Positions 9,264 through 14,988 of a DNA stretch of 14,988 nucleotides are shown here, piece after piece. Source of the stretch: Octopus sinensis (taxonomy: Eukaryota); contig NW_021825605.1 of NCBI RefSeq assembly GCF_006345805.1, positions 1 to 14,988 on the forward strand. The letters are read 5' to 3'. A model generated the notes under the pieces. It had not been told where the DNA came from. It saw only the letters and a list, made by a program, of their open reading frames with translations, and searched no databases. Position numbers and translations under genes: made by a program. The first letter of the stretch is position 1. Each line of letters begins with the position of its first letter.

Positions 9264-9505
9264 ACGAAAGGAAAAAAAGGAAGAAAGACAGAAAGACAGA
9301 AAGACAGAAAGAAAGAAAGAAAGAACTAAAGAAAGAAATAAGAAAGACGAAAGAAAGAAAGAAAGAAAGAAAGAACGAAAGGAAAAAAAAGAAAGAAAGA
9401 AAGAACGAAAGAAAGAAAGAAAGAAAGAACGAAAGGAAAAAGGAAGAAGAAAGAAAGAAAGAAAGAGAAAGAAATAAAGAAATAACGAAAGGAAAAAGGA
9501 AGAAA

Positions 9506-9546
<41 letters not shown>

Positions 9547-9618
9547 AGAAAGAACGAAAGGAAAAAAAGAAAGAAAAAAGAAAGAAAGAAGAACGAAAGG
9601 AAAAAAAAGAAGAAAGAA

Positions 9619-9651
<33 letters not shown>

Positions 9652-9901
9652 AAAGAACGAAAGGAAAAAAGAAAAAAAAAAAAGAAAAAAGAACGAAAGA
9701 AAGAAAGAAGAAGAAACGAAGGAAAAAAGGAAGAAAGAAAAGAAAGAGAAAGAAAGAAAGAAAGAACGAAAGGAAAAAAAGGAAGAAAGAAAGAAGAAGA
9801 AAGAAAGAAAGACGAAGAAAGAAAGAAGAACGAAAGGAAAAAAAGGAAAAAAGAAAAGAAGAAAGAATAGAAATAAAGAAAGAAAAACGAAAGGAAAAAA
9901 A

Positions 9902-9939
<38 letters not shown>

Positions 9940-10074
9940 ACGAAAGGAAAAAAGGAAGAAGAAAGAAGAAAGAAGAAAGAACGAGAAAGAAAGAAAGAAA
10001 GAAAGAAGAACGAAAGGAAAAAAAGAAAAAAGAAAGAACGAAAGAAAGAAAGAAAGAAAGAAAAAGAGAAAAAA

Positions 10075-10105
<31 letters not shown>

Positions 10106-10192
10106 CGAAAGGAAAAAAAGGAAGAAAGAAAGAAAGAGAACGAAAGGAAAAAAAGGAAGAAAGAAAGAAGAAAGAAAGAAGAAAGGAAAAAA

Positions 10193-10223
<31 letters not shown>

Positions 10224-10501
10224 CGAAAGGAAAAAAAGAAAGAAAGAAATAACGAAGAAAGAAGAAAGAAAGAACGAAAGAAAAAAGGAAGAAAGAAGAA
10301 AGAAAGAAAGAAGAACGAAAGGAAAAAAGGAAGAAAGAAAGAAGAAAGAACGAAAGGAAAAAAAGGAAGAAAGAAAGAAAGAAAGAAGAAAGAACGAAAG
10401 AAAAAAGGAAGAAAGAAAGAAAGAAAGAAATAAGAACGAAAGGAAAAAAAGAAAGAAAGAAAGAACGAAAGAAAGAAAGAAAGAAAGAACGAAAGAAAAA
10501 A

Positions 10502-10532
<31 letters not shown>

Positions 10533-10788
10533 CTAAAGGAAAATGAAGAAATAAAGAAAGAAAGAACGAAAGCAAAAAAGGAAGAAAAAAGAAGAAAAAA
10601 GAAAGAACGAAAGGAAAAAAAGGAAAAGAAAGAAAGAGAAAGAAAGAACGAAGGAAAAAAAGAAAGAAAGAAGAACGAAAGAAAGAAAGAAAAAAGAACG
10701 AAAGAAAAAAGGAAGAAAGAAAGAAAGAAAGAAGAAAGAACGAAAGGAAAAAGGAAGAAAGAAAGAAAGAAAGAAAGAAAGGAAAAAA

Positions 10789-10819
<31 letters not shown>

Positions 10820-10849
10820 CGAAAGGAAAAAAAAGGAAGAAAGAAAGAG
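8866..10849. repeat. ~2 kb polypurine (GAAA)n satellite with recurrent variant unit gaacgaaaggaaaaaaaggaa
   Basis: Directly visible. Almost exclusively A/G on the + strand, with C mostly in gaacgaaa and very rare T. Confidence 0.97.
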
Positions 10850-11119
10850 CAACAGTTGGGGAAAAAAGAAAGAAAAAAGTCGGCGAGAAGGCGAAGCCAG
10901 CTGCATTGTAAAAATCAATGTTTACATTCAACAGACGTGACTCATCGTCTCGTGTGTTTTGTCTTGTCACAGTGTTGATGTATACAGATGATGAAAACCG
11001 CCTACAACGAAAAGTTGACTTGCTTTTATTTGTTTACTTTTCAGCTACCTCCCCCCACCGCCACCGCCAACCCGCCACCTCTGTCTCTCTCTCTCTATAT
11101 ATTTATATACATATATACG

Positions 11120-11150
<31 letters not shown>

Positions 11151-11242
11151 TATGACGTTGCATTTAAAATAGAAAGTTTAAAAAGAATCACTTGTTGGTA
11201 TTTTGTTCATATGTTGAAATGTGACTAATTTTAAGGGAGCAG

Positions 11243-11245
11243 ATA

Positions 11246-11285
<40 letters not shown>

Positions 11286-11560
11286 TATATTCAATGACAA
11301 GTTAATGTTAATATCACACACATAATATAAAAGGTATGTGTATACTTAAACACATACAAATATATATGTATTATATAATATACACATATTATATATTTAT
11401 ATATGTGTACACATACACATTAATATACATACACATTAATACATGTGTGTATGTATGTATGTATGTATGTGTATACATAATATATATGTATATATAACGC
11501 ACATCTATAATACAACCCCATACAAAGCATGCACACGTGTGTACATATGTGTATATTTAT

Positions 11561-11634
<74 letters not shown>
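11243..11634. repeat. (TA)n/(TATG)n/(TC)n compound microsatellite region
   Basis: Directly visible. Confidence 0.9.
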
Positions 11635-11640
<6 letters not shown>

Positions 11641-11729
11641 ATCACGTGACCGACCAGACTATCAGATGTTACACATCGCTGGTCACAAGCGCTTCGCATT
11701 GTTTTAGCCTTCAATTGACGACACCCCGC
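11635..11729. mobile_element. Dispersed repeat D, shorter copy
   Basis: Homolog of 6531-6622; starts with duplicated cacgtga after (TA)n. Confidence 0.75.
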
Positions 11730-11840
11730 ATGTAAAATATATAGGAGTGTATGTACATGTAAACATATAAGTGTAGGTATATATGCATATAGATACACAT
11801 GTATATGTGCATCTATGTATGTGCATAGACAACCAATGGT

Positions 11841-12085
11841 CATATTTGTAGACAACCTCTCTGCATAATAGAAACCTATTATACATAAAAATACAAGGTA
11901 AGAGGCCTCATAAAGGCAAACATGTGGCCCTTGATAAAATATGCCAAAAAATTCTAAATATTTATCCACATGGTTTAAGCCACAGGCACGCATACAGTAC
12001 CCATCACTGACGAGATCCAATAATATTGAGACTTGGCGTCAGTTGTCTTCAGACTTCGAAAGATCAGAATTACTCATCAATGCAT
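11841..12085 (+). mobile_element. Probable decayed Penelope-like element 3' remnant
   Basis: The frame from 11841 reads HICRQPLCIIETYYT*KYK, like the GIY-YIG C-terminal L-x-x-x-E-x-x-Y-I-x-K-x-K-P motif. A hammerhead-like ctgacga...gagac...gtc follows at 12007-12040. Confidence 0.45.
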
Positions 12086-12267
12086 TCCATATTTAATTCT
12101 TTTTTTTTTATTTTGTCAATAAATTTTGGAGATGTGTATCGCCATTGCCTTCTTTGCTTTTTAGAGAGGTCTGCATAATTAATTAATTAATTAAGACAAT
12201 CACTGCTAGATTAGTAACTGATTCATGTCACTGTTGTATTAATAGGTGGGGTGGGTGGGGGGTAGAG

Positions 12268-12388
12268 GCAATCAAATTTACTCAGAAGTCAGTTATCGGC
12301 CCGAAACCTAGTAGAAGACGAAAGTGCTCCGTAATGGGACTGAACTTAAAACCACATAATTGCAAAATGATCTAAATCACGCAGGCAT
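12268..12388 (-). mobile_element. SINE family A head, strongly diverged
   Basis: Reverse complement contains gttcagtcccattacggagcac and gtcttctacta...tcgggccga, as in 2708-2771. Confidence 0.75.
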
Positions 12389-12584
12389 ATATGTGCTTGT
12401 TTGTTACACACAATGTATATACATACACAATGGTGGTCATTGCACGAAGCTTAATGAATGTTGTTATCGTGCAATGCCTGTGCAAGAAGATTTTTTTTAA
12501 AGTGAGGAAAGGCTGTGCACTGAGTCAATCCCACTCACCAAGCAACAGCAGCCATAATCCGAAAAGAAGAACAAGTCAACATCA

Positions 12585-12803
12585 TCGGTAACCTCTGAGC
12601 CGCAGGTTTTATGTCGGAGTTATCCCAGTTACCTGAGTTACCTTCTCCTAGAAGGATGCCCTAACAAAGGGTAGGAGTCATTCACTCCCAATGGTTTAAT
12701 CGCGCGATCGGGTATTCAGTCCGATTATTTCTATGTCCCCGCGCATGATACAGCCTTAAGACATTTATTGGATGGCCGTTGACTCTCAAGAGTTCCTCCG
12801 CTC
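12585..12803 (-). mobile_element. Probable RTE-type LINE 5' UTR fragment
   Basis: Minus strand has accctttgttagggcatccttctaggagaaggtaactc...aaaacctgcg, resembling the ctaggagaagg.aaactc...aaacc motif I recall from RTE 5' UTRs. It is a GC-rich island abutting a microsatellite. Confidence 0.5.
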
Positions 12804-12807
12804 TTAT

Positions 12808-12843
12808 ACTATATATACACACACACACACACAAACACACACA

Positions 12844-12879
<36 letters not shown>

Positions 12880-12940
12880 TATATATACATATATATATAC
12901 AATACACACACATACAACATGCATACAACATACACACACA
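12808..12940. repeat. (CA)n(CATA)n(TA)n microsatellite
   Basis: Directly visible. Confidence 0.93.
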
Positions 12941-12961
12941 GTTAATATACAGTAATAATAG

Positions 12962-13168
12962 TTTCAAATTTTGGCATAACGCCGGAAAATTTTGAGTGAA
13001 TGAGGAAATAGATTACATCGACCCCAGAATTTGAATGGCTCTTATTTTATCGTCTCCGAAATGATGAAAGGAAAAATTGACCTCGGAGGAATTTGAACTC
13101 AAAACATAAAGACGAACAAAATACTGGTAAGCATTTTGTCCAGCGTACTGACGGTTCTGTTACCCTAC
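12962..13168 (-). mobile_element. SINE family B, diverged full-length copy
   Basis: Reverse complement: cagaaccgtcagtacgctggacaaaatgct...gagttcaaattcctccgaggtcaa...cctttcatc...ctggggtcgatgtaatc. Confidence 0.85.
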
Positions 13169-13533
13169 AGTAGTATACATTAACAATAAACACAGGTGTT
13201 TTTAAGTTTTGTATTGTAACACACACACACACACACGTATTTCCGTAATCTGATTGTCGTTATTATGTAAGCGAATTTGCATGCACTCGATGCACTTCTT
13301 CGGTATTATCAGTAAAAAAGTATAAATAGAAGATATGTATATTTCCTCATATAATACATTATTCAAGTTATGTGCCACTTACTTGGTATAGTAGAATAGA
13401 AGATGACAGTGTACGAGATAGCAGGATTGTGTGAGAAGGAAATGATAGTATAGAGAGGGGAAGACTTTTTATGGCTTGTCTACCCTTGTACACATTCCAG
13501 TAGAATCACACGTACTCATACATACACGCAACG

Positions 13534-13566
<33 letters not shown>

Positions 13567-13817
13567 CGCAGTGAAGTGGAGAATAAAGTGACCCCGAGAC
13601 AATGTAGCATCACTGATAAACGCAAGAGCAACAGACAGGAACAATAATAGCAAAAATAATCAGTGGCATACATCAAAATACGAAAACCGAGATGATGGTC
13701 CCTGCTGACATTTATACGGTATGCGGATCAAAGCATTTCCGATTTGGCAGCTGGCATATTCATAAACAGTTTCCAAACAAAGATAATGGCAGGTCATCGG
13801 ACACGCCACCCACCGCA

Positions 13818-14003
13818 GGCACGCGCGCAAACACACACACATACGCATTCATATATGCGCGCGCATATATACAGAGATCTATACGCATGGACACACGCGC
13901 ACACACACACACACAGATGCATAGTCGCACGTGTAGATGTACACACGCACAATCATATATGTATATATGTATATATATGTACATGTGTGTGTATGCGTAT
14001 GTG
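13818..14003. repeat. Mixed (CA)/(CG)/(TA)/(TG) alternating purine-pyrimidine tract
   Basis: Directly visible. Confidence 0.85.
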
Positions 14004-14164
14004 AAATTGAGTTTGACTCAATGGCCGATAACTGATGAGAATTTGGGGACCTTTGTCTGTTTTCAATTCGCGTGTACATTTACTATACGTTTTTAAAAAA
14101 AACTTTACACACACACTACAGCGACCAGCAACCTTTCGATACCACAAAACACACGTAGCAACAT

Positions 14165-14560
14165 CTCTCATCATTGTTCGACCGTGGTCGAGACAATGGA
14201 ATTCACTATGTTACGCCAAACTTCGCGGTCCATCATAGAATCACGGAGGTCCTGTTGCTGGATGCCTGTATCCCTGGAGATTACATCAGGGTAGGTGAGT
14301 GTATGCCCTCTGGTATCGCAAGTAGATGGCTTCCAGAGGAGAAGAGTATAAATTACCTCGTTTTCAGCTCTACAACAATGTCCAGCAAACTGGACTCTTC
14401 TAACTTTCACAAGAGATGATACAGGTGGTAATTTCCCATATATTTGTACTTTGGTTGGATGACGCTTCCACGAGAGATTTTGAGCTCTCATGAGGAGGCA
14501 AGTGTAGGTTCCATCCAACCGCCTCTCAAGCTTCTTTGACAACGTCCAGGTTTCTGAGCA
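14165..14560 (-). mobile_element. 5'-truncated RTE-type non-LTR retrotransposon (LINE), C-terminal post-RT ORF fragment
   Basis: Stop-free translation SETWTL...LDGTYTCLLMRAQNLSWK...RRVQFAGHCCR...LLLWKP...MMDREVWR..V has the hallmark RTE C-terminal motifs. The stop at 14171-14173 runs into a tgatga tail. The upstream part of the listed ORF (14561-14704) is unrelated flank. Confidence 0.92.
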
Positions 14561-14704
14561 ACATATCTGCAAGACTACCGAATGTGTGTGTGTGTTTGTA
14601 CATTTCCACAAATACAATAACAAATTATCCATAAGTATTATGTAATATAATAAAACTGGGCCTTGTTTCCAAATGTGCTCAATCCCTTTGTTATATAGCA
14701 TCAA

Positions 14705-14878
14705 TATTGTGTTTTTTCTCTCCTTGTTTCTTCCTTGTTTTTTCTGTGTTCCTTTCTGTCGAAGAGCGTAGGCTCGAAACGTAAACGACTTTTTCTATTC
14801 CTGAGCGATATACTAATACATCTGTTTGTTTTGTACACCACCTGCCTTCGTCTTTTGTTTTATTTTCGTAAACTCTCC
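14705..14878 (+). mobile_element. Short pyrimidine-rich repeat carrying a minimal hammerhead-like motif (Penelope/retrozyme-like)
   Basis: ctgtcga-a-gagc(gtag)gctc-gaaac-gta at 14756-14783. The surrounding sequence resembles a frequent octopus repeat (from recall, unverified). Confidence 0.55.
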
Positions 14879-14988
14879 TTGTGTGTGCATTGGAATTGTA
14901 ATATCACTCGTATCAAACATCGTTGCTCTGGGCCTTGCAGACCTGAGAATGGCCGGTATCCAAGTAAGTTGGAGTATTAGTTGATTCG

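Noticed and set aside
8638-10970. Long ORFs (645, 530, 145 aa F/L/S-rich; 143 aa K/R/E-rich)
   Set aside because: Translations of the (GAAA)n satellite, which is almost free of stop codons by composition.
10973-11015. Exon after the acceptor-like tgttttgtcttgtcacag
   Set aside because: No good donor downstream and no recognisable peptide.
198-14238. Many short ORFs rich in H/T/Y/I/C/V/M, or overlapping SINEs and Helitron-like repeats
   Set aside because: Microsatellite or repeat translations with no recognisable domains or splice structure.
14941-14969. Micro-exon cag|23 nt|gtaagt
   Set aside because: Weak polypyrimidine tract, length not a multiple of 3, and a similar caagtaagt occurs at 3782. 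Unsupported without RNA data.

Overview
AT-rich, microsatellite-saturated, non-coding eukaryotic DNA (intronic or intergenic). The SINE families resemble those I recall from octopus (coleoid cephalopod) genomes; this is inference and was not database-checked. No host gene is supported, and almost all listed ORFs are artefacts of (CA/TA)n or (AAAG)n repeats. The only real coding remnant is the stop-free C-terminus of a 5'-truncated RTE-type LINE ORF (14171-14560, minus). The window also holds two tRNA-like SINE families (9 copies or fragments), a MITE, two Helitron-like 5' ends, a hAT-like terminus, other paired dispersed repeats and a ~2 kb purine-only satellite. The most interesting signals are candidate self-cleaving RNA motifs tied to retroelements. 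Three are minimal hammerhead-like motifs of the Penelope type (~7817-7860, ~12001-12046, ~14751-14790). The fourth is a pseudoknotted, twister-reminiscent RNA at the start of an RTE-like 5' UTR fragment (12585-12803, minus).
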